Below are positions 37,665-47,861 of a stretch of DNA of 60,216 nucleotides, piece after piece; position 1 is the stretch's first letter, and each line of letters begins with the position of its first letter. Position numbers and translations under genes: made by a program. Under the pieces are notes generated by a model. It had not been told where the DNA came from and made no database searches. It saw nothing but the letters and a program-made list of their open reading frames with translations. This stretch comes from a virus (lineage: Duplodnaviria > Caudoviricetes): positions 1 through 60,216 of the IMG/VR virus record IMGVR_UViG_3300026077_000003; one strand, 5' to 3'.

Positions 37665-38519
37665 ATGTCAACAAAGATTATTGGAAACCAGATTGATGCT
37701 GCAACTAGAGCTATTGTTACTGCTCTAACAGTTACAGAGCAACTTAATCTGCCAGAACTTAACCAAGCATCAGTTAATGCACTTGGTACTCCTGCATATG
37801 GAACGTTAGTTTATAACTCTACAGAAGACGAAGCACAGATATGGAAACAAGATGTATCAGGTGCACCTGGTTGGGATAGTGTCGGTGGTGGTGGTCCATC
37901 AATCGGTGAGAAATCTATCATCAGGACAAATGGAACAACAATATCAGAAAACTTAACGATAGGTCCAACAGCTAACGGTGGTGTAGAATTTACAAACGGT
38001 TTCTCTGCTGCTCCTATTACTATTGCAAACGGTTACACTGTTACTATTGAGAGTGGTGCTAATTGGACAATTATTGGTCCTGACGAGGATCTTTCAGGAT
38101 ATAGATATTTTAACAACGTTGGTATCAACGAACACCTAAGACTGGTTCCAGGTTCTACACTTGAGTTTGGACAAACAAAAGAAACTTTCGTAGGATTTGG
38201 TAAGGGTGGTAGTGTAACTGTAGATCACAGTCAAGCAACAATTTTTATTACTACTAACCCTTCAGGTTATAATGGTAACTTTACCATTAACTTTAACAAC
38301 GTACCTGAGGTTGGTGGTTTCGTATATACTGCACAGGTACTTGTTCAGCAAACGAATGGTAGTGGTCATATTAACAATGTCCAAATAAATGGTTCAGCAG
38401 CTGATATATACTATGCATCAGCACCTGGATCAAGTAGTGGTTGGGATATGGTCAACTACTTCTTCTTTGTTGATGGAGAAAGTTGGAAAGTATTTGGTAA
38501 CAACGTAGCATATAGTTAA
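37665..38519 (+). CDS. Fibre-like structural protein
   Basis: GTLVYNST, WDSVGGG, IIRTN..TISEN.TI, VTIESGANW. Confidence 0.7.
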   Translation: MSTKIIGNQIDAATRAIVTALTVTEQLNLPELNQASVNALGTPAYGTLVYNSTEDEAQIWKQDVSGAPGWDSVGGGGPSIGEKSIIRTNGTTISENLTIGPTANGGVEFTNGFSAAPITIANGYTVTIESGANWTIIGPDEDLSGYRYFNNVGINEHLRLVPGSTLEFGQTKETFVGFGKGGSVTVDHSQATIFITTNPSGYNGNFTINFNNVPEVGGFVYTAQVLVQQTNGSGHINNVQINGSAADIYYASAPGSSSGWDMVNYFFFVDGESWKVFGNNVAYS

Positions 38520-38523
38520 GATT

Positions 38524-39783
38524 ATGCCTATAGGAGCAAATAAAATTCTAAGTCAAGCAGGTGGTGGTGCTGGTGGAGGCAGTCGTGCTAGTAGAGAAAC
38601 AGTCTATGATGAAGGTAATGACTGTAGAGCATATCTAAGCAACTGGAATCGCTCAGAAAATTCCCAGATGTATGCTCGACCTAATTTTCCTAGCTATGGT
38701 TATTGGCATGGTTGGGGTGGATCAGCACGAACATATACTCTAAACAAAGCTAGTCTCCCATCACATCAATACCTATGTTATGACTGTATTATCCATCATG
38801 TAGACTCATGGGATAATGAGTATCAATATATTAATATTGATGGTGTAAGATTTAGTAGTTGGAGAAAGCAGTGGAATGAGGATAGATTAAGAGAATTGGT
38901 AGGAGATCATAATGCATCAGCCACTGGTGGTGCAGTCCTACTTACAAGATGTGATAATGACTATAGTTATGAACCATGGAACGGTTCTAATGATGGCACT
39001 ATGTGTTATCTAAGATTTTCTTCTGGATGGATTCCCCACACAGCATCTAGTGTAAGTGTAGATCATTATACAGGTCTTGACCAAGGTAGAGGAGACGAAG
39101 CATATTATATTTCTCATGCTCGTATTAGAGTAGTTAATGCTGGAGAATTAAATTTCGGTAATGGATCTGGTCCAGAGTCCGCTATGGAATCTGGGCATTT
39201 TGGTATAGCTACTGGTGCTATTGCCCAAAGTGGTATATATTGGATACAGTCTCACTCAATGCCTAGTCCACTTCAGATGTATGTTGATGCTACTGAAGAT
39301 GGTGGTGGGTATGATTTCTATCCCATGAATGGTGGTGGTAGAAATATTAATTACCATGGTCAATACCATAGTGGTGCTGACTTAGGACTTGATATGTTCT
39401 ATGGTAGATCCAAATATGCATGGAGAGCAGCAGCAAACTATGCAACTCAAGTTAATGGTGGCAACTGGCCAAACTTCTTTACTGGTTGCGGTGATGTCTA
39501 TAAGACTGGTGGCGGGGGTAACTATACTGGAAGGATAATGAGATCTGCTGATTATGGTGGTAACAATGTTGGGTCATGGAGAGTTACAGACGGTGGTAAA
39601 TGGTGGTTAAGAGACAATACACATTCAGAACCCAACGGGGATTACTCTGCTGACGGGTATCTAAATATGTACGGAGGTTCTCGTAACAACCTTAAGAACT
39701 TATCCAACATCGGATTTAACGATGGTGGTGCATACTCTATAGGTAACTATTATCTCCTATCGACTAATCAACATAATTTCTAA
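38524..39783 (+). CDS. Putative receptor-binding protein with fibrinogen-like module
   Basis: SGIYWI...QMYVDATEDGGGYD; WWLRD..HSEPNGDY. Confidence 0.65.
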   Translation: MPIGANKILSQAGGGAGGGSRASRETVYDEGNDCRAYLSNWNRSENSQMYARPNFPSYGYWHGWGGSARTYTLNKASLPSHQYLCYDCIIHHVDSWDNEYQYINIDGVRFSSWRKQWNEDRLRELVGDHNASATGGAVLLTRCDNDYSYEPWNGSNDGTMCYLRFSSGWIPHTASSVSVDHYTGLDQGRGDEAYYISHARIRVVNAGELNFGNGSGPESAMESGHFGIATGAIAQSGIYWIQSHSMPSPLQMYVDATEDGGGYDFYPMNGGGRNINYHGQYHSGADLGLDMFYGRSKYAWRAAANYATQVNGGNWPNFFTGCGDVYKTGGGGNYTGRIMRSADYGGNNVGSWRVTDGGKWWLRDNTHSEPNGDYSADGYLNMYGGSRNNLKNLSNIGFNDGGAYSIGNYYLLSTNQHNF

Positions 39784-39786
39784 ACT

Positions 39787-40530
39787 ATGGATTTTGAGAT
39801 TGAGGAATTCTTTCCCAAGTTTATTGGGAAGTATCCCTATGGTGGTGACCAACAGGTCATAAAAGATGTATGTGATCGTGTCCTAGAGGAAATTCCTAAA
39901 GGACATGAAGAGTGGAATGATAATGTTGCTGAAGAGCATCTACATCATTACTTTAATATATCTAATAGTAGTCTATTAAGATTTGATGATCGATTAAATG
40001 ATTTTGAGCAATTTCTTATAGATGCTTCTACTCATTTCTTCACAGAGATACTTGAGTATGATCTGAATGAATCAAATATGCTTATTACTGATTGTTGGAT
40101 GAACATGTGCGATAAAGAGCACACTTGGCAGATCAAACACAATCACAATAACTGTATGATAGTTGGTACATATTTTGTCGATTTTGATGAAAAAATACAT
40201 GCACCATTAGATTTTTATAGAAATACATACAAGGACGCTGTTCCTAGTCTGTCGCAAATGCGTCAACCACGCATAGCAAACGAAGGTAATAAATATACAA
40301 AGGAAGTTCATCAATCCTCACCCAAAGAGGGCACGTTATTCATTTGGAATGCTGAGATGCTACATGGATATGAAGCCATATATAATCTATGGAGAGGTAG
40401 AAGAACTATTAGTATGAATTTTTTGCCTGAAATTCTTGATAACGGTAAGTACGCTTTTAGGGTAGAACCGTTACAGCATATAAGTCCAACTCAGCTAAAT
40501 AGAAGAAAAGAACTAGATAATAACCAATGA
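39787..40530 (+). CDS. Fe(II)/2OG oxygenase, TIGR02466-like (HxH)
   Basis: CWMN..KHNH.N..GTYF, W..EMLHGY, RRTISMN. Confidence 0.85.
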   Translation: MDFEIEEFFPKFIGKYPYGGDQQVIKDVCDRVLEEIPKGHEEWNDNVAEEHLHHYFNISNSSLLRFDDRLNDFEQFLIDASTHFFTEILEYDLNESNMLITDCWMNMCDKEHTWQIKHNHNNCMIVGTYFVDFDEKIHAPLDFYRNTYKDAVPSLSQMRQPRIANEGNKYTKEVHQSSPKEGTLFIWNAEMLHGYEAIYNLWRGRRTISMNFLPEILDNGKYAFRVEPLQHISPTQLNRRKELDNNQ

Positions 40531-41330
40531 CTCGTTTAAATGTCGCACAAGTTAAGGATCTATCCAACCAAGGCGGTATGTCGTTCTCTGGTGGTGCGAT
40601 TACTGCTAATGGCACGTTAACCGTGTCTAAGTTGGTTATCAACGGAACTATTAGTGGATCCTCAGGGTATATAATTCCCTCACAAAGTGGTCAAGCAGGT
40701 AGTTTCCTCTCGACTAATGGATCAACAATATCATGGACTGGCGTATCAGGTGGTGGTGGAGCACCAACAGGTATATCGGTCTATAACTCAAGTACTACTT
40801 GGAATAAACCAAGTGGTGTAAGACGTATATGGGTTAAATGTACTGCTGGTGGTGGAGGTGGTTCAGGTTACGGTGAATCTGGAGCTGCTGGTGGTCATAC
40901 AGAAACCTTCGTTGATGTAAGTAACATTAACTCTATCTCTGTATCAGTTGGAGGTGGAGGAAGTGGAACCAATTATTCAGGTCGTGCTGGTAATGGTGGA
41001 ACATCTTCTTTCGGTAACTACTGTTCATCAGGTGGTGGTCAAGGTGCAAATAGAAACCAACAGCATGATGGTGCTTTAGGTGGTAACCCCAATCAAGGTT
41101 CAGTTAGAATCTATGGTGGTTCATCTCAAGGACATAGAAACCCACCAGGTTTAGGTCATGGTGGTTGTTCATTCTGGGGTGGTGCATCACCAACAACCCA
41201 TAGAAGACAACAGTGGGCACAAAGATATCGTGGTCATGCTGCATACGGTGCAGGTGGTTCTTCAGGTAGAAACCCTGAAAGGGGTGGTGATGGTCGTCAG
41301 GGCATCATAGTTGTCTACGAATTTAACTGA
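40527..41330 (+). CDS. Glycine-rich fibre-like protein, copy 1
   Basis: PSQSGQAGSFLSTNG, TWNKPSG..RIWVKC.AGGGGG, G..GIIVVYEF. Confidence 0.8.
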   Translation: MTRLNVAQVKDLSNQGGMSFSGGAITANGTLTVSKLVINGTISGSSGYIIPSQSGQAGSFLSTNGSTISWTGVSGGGGAPTGISVYNSSTTWNKPSGVRRIWVKCTAGGGGGSGYGESGAAGGHTETFVDVSNINSISVSVGGGGSGTNYSGRAGNGGTSSFGNYCSSGGGQGANRNQQHDGALGGNPNQGSVRIYGGSSQGHRNPPGLGHGGCSFWGGASPTTHRRQQWAQRYRGHAAYGAGGSSGRNPERGGDGRQGIIVVYEFN

Positions 41331-41338
41331 TATAAATA
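41331..41338 (+). promoter_or_regulatory. Late promoter TATAAATA
   Basis: Exact consensus between the duplicated genes; followed by GAAGGAG SD. Confidence 0.8.
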
Positions 41339-41362
41339 ACAAAGAAGGAGACAGAGTAATCA

Positions 41363-42163
41363 ATGAGTACCCTCAAAGTATCGGCAATTAGAGACCTATC
41401 TGGTTCTGGTGGTTTAGACCTCAGTTCGGGATCAATCACAGTGAATGGTACTCTAACCGTATCCAACATCAATATTAATGGAACCATTGGAGGTTCATCA
41501 TCACAGGTTATACCATCAGTATCGGGTCAGTCTGGTAAGTTCCTTACTACCAACGGATCTTCGATGTCATGGGGTACAATCACAGCAGGTGGTGGTCCAA
41601 AATCAATCAGTGTATATAACTCAAGTTCCACATGGAATAAACCCAGTGGAATTAAGCGTATATGGGTTAAATGTACTGGTGCTGGTGGCGGTGGATCAGG
41701 TTATGGTGAATCTGGATCCGCAGGTGCACATACTGAAAGTATTGTTAATGTAGAAAACATTAACTCCATCTCTGTCTCCGTTGGTGGAGGAGGTGGTGGT
41801 ACTAACTATTCTGGTTACTCTGGAAATGGTGGTACTTCATCCTTTGGTAACTATTGTTCATCAGGTGGTGGACAAGGTGCTAACAGGAACCAACAGCATG
41901 AAGGATCATTGGGTGGTAACCCTAACCAAGGTTCTGTTAGAATCTATGGTGGTTCAGGTCAGGGACATAGGAACCCACCAGGTCTAGGACATGGTGGATC
42001 TAGTTTCTGGGGAGGTTCATCTCCTACTACTCATAGGAACCAACAGTGGGCTCAGCGTTACAGAAACCATGCTGCATACGGTGCAGGTGGATCCTCTGGT
42101 AAGAACGGTGAGAGAGGTGGCGATGGTCGCCAGGGTATTATTGTAGTTTACGAATTCGATTAA
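41363..42163 (+). CDS. Glycine-rich fibre-like protein, copy 2
   Basis: Colinear close paralog of 40527-41330. Confidence 0.8.
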   Translation: MSTLKVSAIRDLSGSGGLDLSSGSITVNGTLTVSNININGTIGGSSSQVIPSVSGQSGKFLTTNGSSMSWGTITAGGGPKSISVYNSSSTWNKPSGIKRIWVKCTGAGGGGSGYGESGSAGAHTESIVNVENINSISVSVGGGGGGTNYSGYSGNGGTSSFGNYCSSGGGQGANRNQQHEGSLGGNPNQGSVRIYGGSGQGHRNPPGLGHGGSSFWGGSSPTTHRNQQWAQRYRNHAAYGAGGSSGKNGERGGDGRQGIIVVYEFD

Positions 42164-42164
42164 A

Positions 42165-42833
42165 ATGAAAAGTTGTTTAGTTAGATCAGACGGTTTTATC
42201 ACCGATATCTGTAACAAAGGCGAAGAGTTCGAAGTCTACACTGGTCCAGGATCTTCACTTAAATGGGTTGATGCACCTGACGAAGTAGATATCGAATGGA
42301 GATTAATGTTGGGGGAATGGATCCCTAACTTTGTCTACACTGACCCTCTTAATGCAAAAGTTATTGCCTATGGTCCTGAAGGATCTCAGTTAGGTAAAAT
42401 CTGGAAAGATATAGATGCAGGTCTTTTTGGCGAGAATGCAAAGAAAGGACAGTTCTATGCTCACATTAAAAATGTAAAGGACACTGCAAAACCTATTACA
42501 TGGAAAGAGGTAGAAATACCTGATCCAAATGATCCTAGTAAAACTACTACGGAAAGAGTATCAGACGAACCAGATCAACCATTCCCACATGATGACAACA
42601 TGCCAGCATGGAATACTCCAGAGGAAATGGACATAGGTGTTCGTAGAGAATTTAAACTCGCTGAGTTTGCTGATCGTGGTGATACAGCTCCTGCTGCAGA
42701 ACAAGTATCTGCACAACCTATAACATCAGCACCAGTGACAGAAGCAGTGGATACTAATCCAGATCTAGGAACTCCACCAACATCTCACGCACCTGATTCT
42801 GATGATCGTATAACTACTGATAACCCTCAGTAA
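42165..42833 (+). CDS. Putative fibre assembly/partner protein
   Basis: Follows fibres; Y...G.QL.KIWKDIDAG motif; Pro/Asp/Thr-rich tail. Confidence 0.55.
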   Translation: MKSCLVRSDGFITDICNKGEEFEVYTGPGSSLKWVDAPDEVDIEWRLMLGEWIPNFVYTDPLNAKVIAYGPEGSQLGKIWKDIDAGLFGENAKKGQFYAHIKNVKDTAKPITWKEVEIPDPNDPSKTTTERVSDEPDQPFPHDDNMPAWNTPEEMDIGVRREFKLAEFADRGDTAPAAEQVSAQPITSAPVTEAVDTNPDLGTPPTSHAPDSDDRITTDNPQ

Positions 42834-42848
42834 ACTTATTACTTTATT

Positions 42849-44435
42849 ATGAAAATTCGTAATGTCCTCATTGTTGGGGGTGGAACTGCTGGTTGGATGA
42901 CTGCTGCAGCACTCCTAAAATTATGCCCACACATTAAAACCTCGTTGATCGAGAGTCCCGATGTACCCACCAGTGGTGTCGGTGAATCTACTCTCGGACA
43001 GATCAACGAGTTTTTTAAGTTATTAGATCTTAAGGATGAACAGTGGATGAAAGACACTGGTGCTACCTATAAGGTAAACATACGATTTAATGACTTCTAT
43101 CAACCAGGTGAGACATGGGACTATCCATTTGGTAGTTCTGAGAGAGTATTAAAGACATTAACACATGGGTGGATGTCATGGTTTGTATTAAATCAAACGA
43201 GACCAGAGAAGTATCACAGGGGCACATTTGCTGAGTGTTTTAATAGTGTAGGTGCGTTAGCTAAGTATAATAAGTTAAGTGATGATGATAAGTGGTGGAA
43301 CCCATGGGTAGACAGTGCATATCATTTCGATGCAATTAAGTTTGGTCATTGGTTAAAGGATAACTACTGCATACCTAGAGGATTAGAATATCATACGGGC
43401 AATGTGGGCAGATTTGCCCAAGATGCCCGTGGATATATCACTAAAGCATATACTGATGATGGTAGAGAGTTTGAGGCAGATTTATATGTAGATTGTACAG
43501 GGTTTAAGTCTCTATTATTAGAGCAGACATGTGGATCTAAATTTATTAGCTACCACCATAACGATGGAGGTGCACTACTGAATGACACTGCTGTAGCGTG
43601 TCATATGCCCCACTCAGACCCATCTAAAGAGATAACCAACAGTACTAACTGTACTGCTATAGACAATGGGTGGGTATGGGATGTACCCTTGTGGGATAGA
43701 TCAGGTGTAGGGTATGTGTACTCAAAAGATTTTGCAGATAAACCAGAGGAAGAACTATATAATTATTTGCTACGGACAAGAGGGAAGGAGAGAGCAGACA
43801 AAGCATCCATGAGAACTATTCCATTTAGAAATGGAAAGCATGAGAAGTCATGGGTTAAGAATGTATGTGCTATTGGTCTCTCTAATTGTTTCGTAGAACC
43901 ATTAGAAGCAACAGGTCTAGTAACCACACATGAACAGATCACTAGACTATGTACAACACTATCAAGTAGAGAAGGATATACTAATAGAGCAGAAATAGAT
44001 ATGCTGAATCTAGTTGCAGACCTAGAGATAGATGGTTTTATGACATTTATATCTGCTCACTATGCTTTCAGTAGAAGAGAAGGTAAGTATTGGCAGACAG
44101 TATCAGATGATATATCATATCCCTTTGATGAAGGTGGATTGGATAACCTATTTGTAAAATACTCAGCAGAGAAGCATGTATCATATGAGTGGATCGGGGA
44201 TCCAGCACACAATGACGGTGTGAGGTACATAGCAGCAGGAATGGGATTTAATCCTATTTGTGAGCATACCTTATTGCTTAAACGTCTGATGAATGACCTG
44301 ACTGAGGACTATGATGAATGGTACCTCAACGATTGTGATGACACATTTGACGATTGGAGGAAGACCATGTATGATTGGACAAAGAACATGGATTCGTCAT
44401 ACGAATACACAAGAAAGAAGATCTATGAAGGTTAA
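42849..44435 (+). CDS. Flavin-dependent halogenase (PrnA/Trp-halogenase family) 1
   Basis: GGGTAG, GVGEST, ATYK catalytic Lys, AYHFDA, DCTGF, GWVWDVPL, FVEPLEATG. Confidence 0.93.
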   Translation: MKIRNVLIVGGGTAGWMTAAALLKLCPHIKTSLIESPDVPTSGVGESTLGQINEFFKLLDLKDEQWMKDTGATYKVNIRFNDFYQPGETWDYPFGSSERVLKTLTHGWMSWFVLNQTRPEKYHRGTFAECFNSVGALAKYNKLSDDDKWWNPWVDSAYHFDAIKFGHWLKDNYCIPRGLEYHTGNVGRFAQDARGYITKAYTDDGREFEADLYVDCTGFKSLLLEQTCGSKFISYHHNDGGALLNDTAVACHMPHSDPSKEITNSTNCTAIDNGWVWDVPLWDRSGVGYVYSKDFADKPEEELYNYLLRTRGKERADKASMRTIPFRNGKHEKSWVKNVCAIGLSNCFVEPLEATGLVTTHEQITRLCTTLSSREGYTNRAEIDMLNLVADLEIDGFMTFISAHYAFSRREGKYWQTVSDDISYPFDEGGLDNLFVKYSAEKHVSYEWIGDPAHNDGVRYIAAGMGFNPICEHTLLLKRLMNDLTEDYDEWYLNDCDDTFDDWRKTMYDWTKNMDSSYEYTRKKIYEG

Positions 44436-46008
44436 GGACGTAGTTATCGTTGGAGGTGGCAGTGCTGGTTGGATGACTGCTGCTGCATTGGATGTCTTGT
44501 GTCCTCATGTCAACGTGACTCTTATTGAGGATCCAAATCAAGGTGTCATAGGTGTTGGTGAGTCCACACTACAGCAGATCCGTAAGTTCATAGGACTGCT
44601 AGGACTTAAAGACTCTGACTGGATGAAGGACATAGGTGCAACATATAAGACTGCTATTAGTTTTAATGACTTCTGGAAGAAGGGTGAGAGTTGGATGTAT
44701 CCATTTGGGTTAGTTAATATGATGGAGAGTAAAGTTCCATGGATGGCATGGTTCGTACTCAATGCAACCAAACCAGAGAAATATACTAATGATACATTTG
44801 CTACTACATTTAATCCTGTAGCACACTTCACCAAATATAATAAACTAACATATGATACTACCTACTGGACACCATGGACTGATACTGCATACCATATAGA
44901 TGCTATTAAGTTTGGACAGTGGTTAAAGAATAATGTATGTAAGAGAGTAAAACATATTAAGGGTGTAGTTAGTGGTTGGCAACAGAAACCAAATGGTGAT
45001 ATCGAGTCAATAATATATGGAGGTAAGAGATTATCTGCTGATCTATTTGTAGATTGTAGTGGGTTTAAGTCATTACTATTGGGTGATGCAATGGGTGTGG
45101 AGTTCGAGTCATTCCTTTATGGTGAAGGTGGTTGTCTATTAAATGACAAAGCAATATCTATTTCAGTACCACATGAGGATCCATCAAGAGAGGTTACTAA
45201 CACAACTAACTGCACAGCATTAAATAATGGATGGGTGTGGGATGTACCATTGTGGGAACGTGGTGGACTAGGGTATGTGTACTCCAGTAAATTTATTACA
45301 GAGGATCAGGCACAAGTAGAGTTGTATGATTATTTGGTACGCTCTAGGGGCAAGGAGAGGGCAGACGCAGTGACATATAAAACCATACCAATTAAGACTG
45401 GTAGGCATAAGAAATCATTTGTTGGTAACGTTATTGGTATAGGTTTATCTAATAATTTCGTAGAACCATTAGAGTCTACTGGGATCCTAGTTCTACATGA
45501 ACAGGTGATTAGATTGTGTAATGCACTGTCAGGACGCAATGGGTTCATACCTAAGGTAGAGAAGGAAATGATTAATCAGATATCAAACTATGAAATTGAG
45601 GGTCAGAAGAATTTCGTTGCTGCTCACTATGCTTTCTCTGAACGTGAGGAACCATACTGGCAGACTGCATCAGATGTCATAGACTATGACTTTAGCGGTG
45701 GTGCTGACAACTATTTCCTACGTCATGCGTCACATAAGTACATAAACTTTGACTTCGTATCACCCATGGGTAGTATAGAGTATAATGATGGACCTAGATA
45801 TTGTGCAGCAGGTATGGGTTTTAACCCTATAAATAAAGTGACACTACCTTTATCAAGGATGTGTAATGAAATCTTACCTGAGGAGGATGATGAAGCATTA
45901 TCCAAGGCAGAGGATATCATTGACAAGTGGCATGAAGACATGCTATCATATTGTGAGACTTTACCCTCGTCTTACGAGTTCTTAAAACAAACCATTTATA
46001 AGGAATAG
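44425..46008 (+). CDS. Flavin-dependent halogenase (PrnA/Trp-halogenase family) 2
   Basis: Start MKVKDVVIVGGGSAG; GVGEST, ATYK, DCSGF, GWVWDVPL, FVEPLESTG. Confidence 0.93.
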   Translation: MKVKDVVIVGGGSAGWMTAAALDVLCPHVNVTLIEDPNQGVIGVGESTLQQIRKFIGLLGLKDSDWMKDIGATYKTAISFNDFWKKGESWMYPFGLVNMMESKVPWMAWFVLNATKPEKYTNDTFATTFNPVAHFTKYNKLTYDTTYWTPWTDTAYHIDAIKFGQWLKNNVCKRVKHIKGVVSGWQQKPNGDIESIIYGGKRLSADLFVDCSGFKSLLLGDAMGVEFESFLYGEGGCLLNDKAISISVPHEDPSREVTNTTNCTALNNGWVWDVPLWERGGLGYVYSSKFITEDQAQVELYDYLVRSRGKERADAVTYKTIPIKTGRHKKSFVGNVIGIGLSNNFVEPLESTGILVLHEQVIRLCNALSGRNGFIPKVEKEMINQISNYEIEGQKNFVAAHYAFSEREEPYWQTASDVIDYDFSGGADNYFLRHASHKYINFDFVSPMGSIEYNDGPRYCAAGMGFNPINKVTLPLSRMCNEILPEEDDEALSKAEDIIDKWHEDMLSYCETLPSSYEFLKQTIYKE

Positions 46009-46010
46009 AA

Positions 46011-46565
46011 ATGACAGAAGACTTAAAGAAGGTGGAAAACCTTGAGGATGCACATGTAGAGGGAATCAGTCCTGCTGGTGCACCAACCAATCTCGATCCA
46101 AATAATATCAATCAAGACCTAGAGGACTTAGGATTGCCTGAGTTGCCACCAGAGGTGATAGAAGAGGTGCAGTCTGCATATGAAGCAGTACAGTCACTTG
46201 ATGATCTATGGAAGAATCTTATCTATCAGCATAGAGAGAAGTTTGATCATTATCAAGAAATGCAAGAAGGATTATCTTCTATGTCATTTGATAGACCTGA
46301 GACTAGAGTTAACTTTACTGAACTCAATGAAATTAGAGATGAGTTGGTTAAGATAGAAGGTGGTATTGAGACTCTTAACTTGTATCGTAAGTATGTGCTT
46401 AAAGAAGAAGAGCAACCATGGTTAGAAGTAGATATGGAGAAGCAGAGATCAAAGATCAAAGTAGCAACTTCATCTAAGTTCTCAGATCCTAAGAAGAAGA
46501 AAGACTATAGCGAATTAGCAGACTGGCAGGGTGGACAGAATCCAGAACTGAATAAACTGAAGTAA
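46011..46565 (+). CDS. Acidic helical hypothetical protein
   Basis: 184 aa within the halogenase/oxygenase run. Confidence 0.75.
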   Translation: MTEDLKKVENLEDAHVEGISPAGAPTNLDPNNINQDLEDLGLPELPPEVIEEVQSAYEAVQSLDDLWKNLIYQHREKFDHYQEMQEGLSSMSFDRPETRVNFTELNEIRDELVKIEGGIETLNLYRKYVLKEEEQPWLEVDMEKQRSKIKVATSSKFSDPKKKKDYSELADWQGGQNPELNKLK

Positions 46566-47281
46566 TGGATCTAAATCTTGATTATTTGTTTCCCACTCCT
46601 ATATGGTGGGTTGATCTAGATCATATCAATATCAAAGAGATGCAAGACATTTGCTATGGTATTGCAGAGAACATGGAGACAAAAGAAAGGAGCAATAGGG
46701 GGTTGATGAATTATCAGTCCCCTGACTTTTTTGGTGAGAAATTATGTGAGGAGGAGGATGATGAGTTTGGTAAATTAGCAAGAAGTATTAAAGACTTTGG
46801 TAATAAAGCATTTGATTCATTTGAGTCATGTGTCACCACACTAGAGTTTGCTAATATATGGATTAATATTAATAACAAGGGTGGATATAATGAAGTCCAC
46901 ACACATCCAGGATCATTGATGTCTGGTGCATTTTATGTTAAAGTACCAGAAGAAGGAGACTGTGGTAGTATAACATTTCATAAAAATGCTATGGAAGGGT
47001 ATGTAACTCATTCTCTGGGATTAGCAGAGGATTTGAGTAAAGCGGAAGCACCACATACTCATGCAACCATGTCTTATCCACCAAAAGAAGGTCGATTAGT
47101 TTTATTTCCATCATGGATATCTCATGGTGTGAGAGAGAACGAGACTGAAGAAGATCGTATTAGTATCTCATTTAATTTGATTCCAAATAGGAATAAGAGA
47201 GATATGTCTGAAATTATTAAATCTCATGCAAACACAACTATTCTCCATACCCGTGGAGACGGGAACGATAGTTCCAACTGA
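46565..47281 (+). CDS. Fe(II)/2OG oxygenase, TIGR02466-like (HxH)
   Basis: WININ..YNEVHTHPG..SGAFYV, FPSWISHGV, RISISFN. Confidence 0.92.
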   Translation: MDLNLDYLFPTPIWWVDLDHINIKEMQDICYGIAENMETKERSNRGLMNYQSPDFFGEKLCEEEDDEFGKLARSIKDFGNKAFDSFESCVTTLEFANIWININNKGGYNEVHTHPGSLMSGAFYVKVPEEGDCGSITFHKNAMEGYVTHSLGLAEDLSKAEAPHTHATMSYPPKEGRLVLFPSWISHGVRENETEEDRISISFNLIPNRNKRDMSEIIKSHANTTILHTRGDGNDSSN

Positions 47282-47861
47282 TGAAGAATTAAGTGCTACT
47301 CTAGAATTATTAGATGAAGCATGGTCTGTTGCTGAAAAAGGTACATGGGCATTAGAATCAGGTAAGTCTACTGGTAACTTAGAACAGGGTACAGAACTAT
47401 ATCAATCAACTACATTTGATTGGTTAACCATGCCTATGTTAAATGCAGTGCATGATTACTGGGATCTTGTTCTAGGGTATCGTAAAGACTTCCACATGTA
47501 TGTTGATGGTATGTGGGCAAATTTACATACCGAAGGAGATACTACAGGAGAACATAACCATAGTGCAGGTAGAGGTAAGTCACATGTATCATGTGTATAT
47601 TATCTTAAGAAGAATCCTGACAATGGTCATTTATTATTTCGTGATCCATTAGAAATGGTATGGGGTATGTCTCCTATGGATAGGACTTTCATTAACCTTA
47701 AGAAACAACATATACATAAAGCAAAGACATATGATTATGTCATATTTCCATCATGGTTATACCATGAGACACAACCCAATGGTAAAGACGAACGCATAGC
47801 AATTAGTATGAACTTCAGTGGATATCCACTAGACCCTAGTGAAGGAGATTGGTCAAGATAA
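47226..47861 (+). CDS. Fe(II)/2OG oxygenase, TIGR02466-like (HxH)
   Basis: MWAN..EHNH..SCVYY, FPSWLYHET, RIAISMN. Confidence 0.9.
   Translation: MQTQLFSIPVETGTIVPTDEELSATLELLDEAWSVAEKGTWALESGKSTGNLEQGTELYQSTTFDWLTMPMLNAVHDYWDLVLGYRKDFHMYVDGMWANLHTEGDTTGEHNHSAGRGKSHVSCVYYLKKNPDNGHLLFRDPLEMVWGMSPMDRTFINLKKQHIHKAKTYDYVIFPSWLYHETQPNGKDERIAISMNFSGYPLDPSEGDWSR

Noticed and set aside
40527-42163. Template/variable repeat pair of a diversity-generating retroelement
   Set aside because: No reverse transcriptase in the window, both copies are full ORFs, and differences are not adenine-specific
44311-44424. N-terminal extension of halogenase 2
   Set aside because: Overlaps halogenase 1; homology to the paralog starts at ATG 44425
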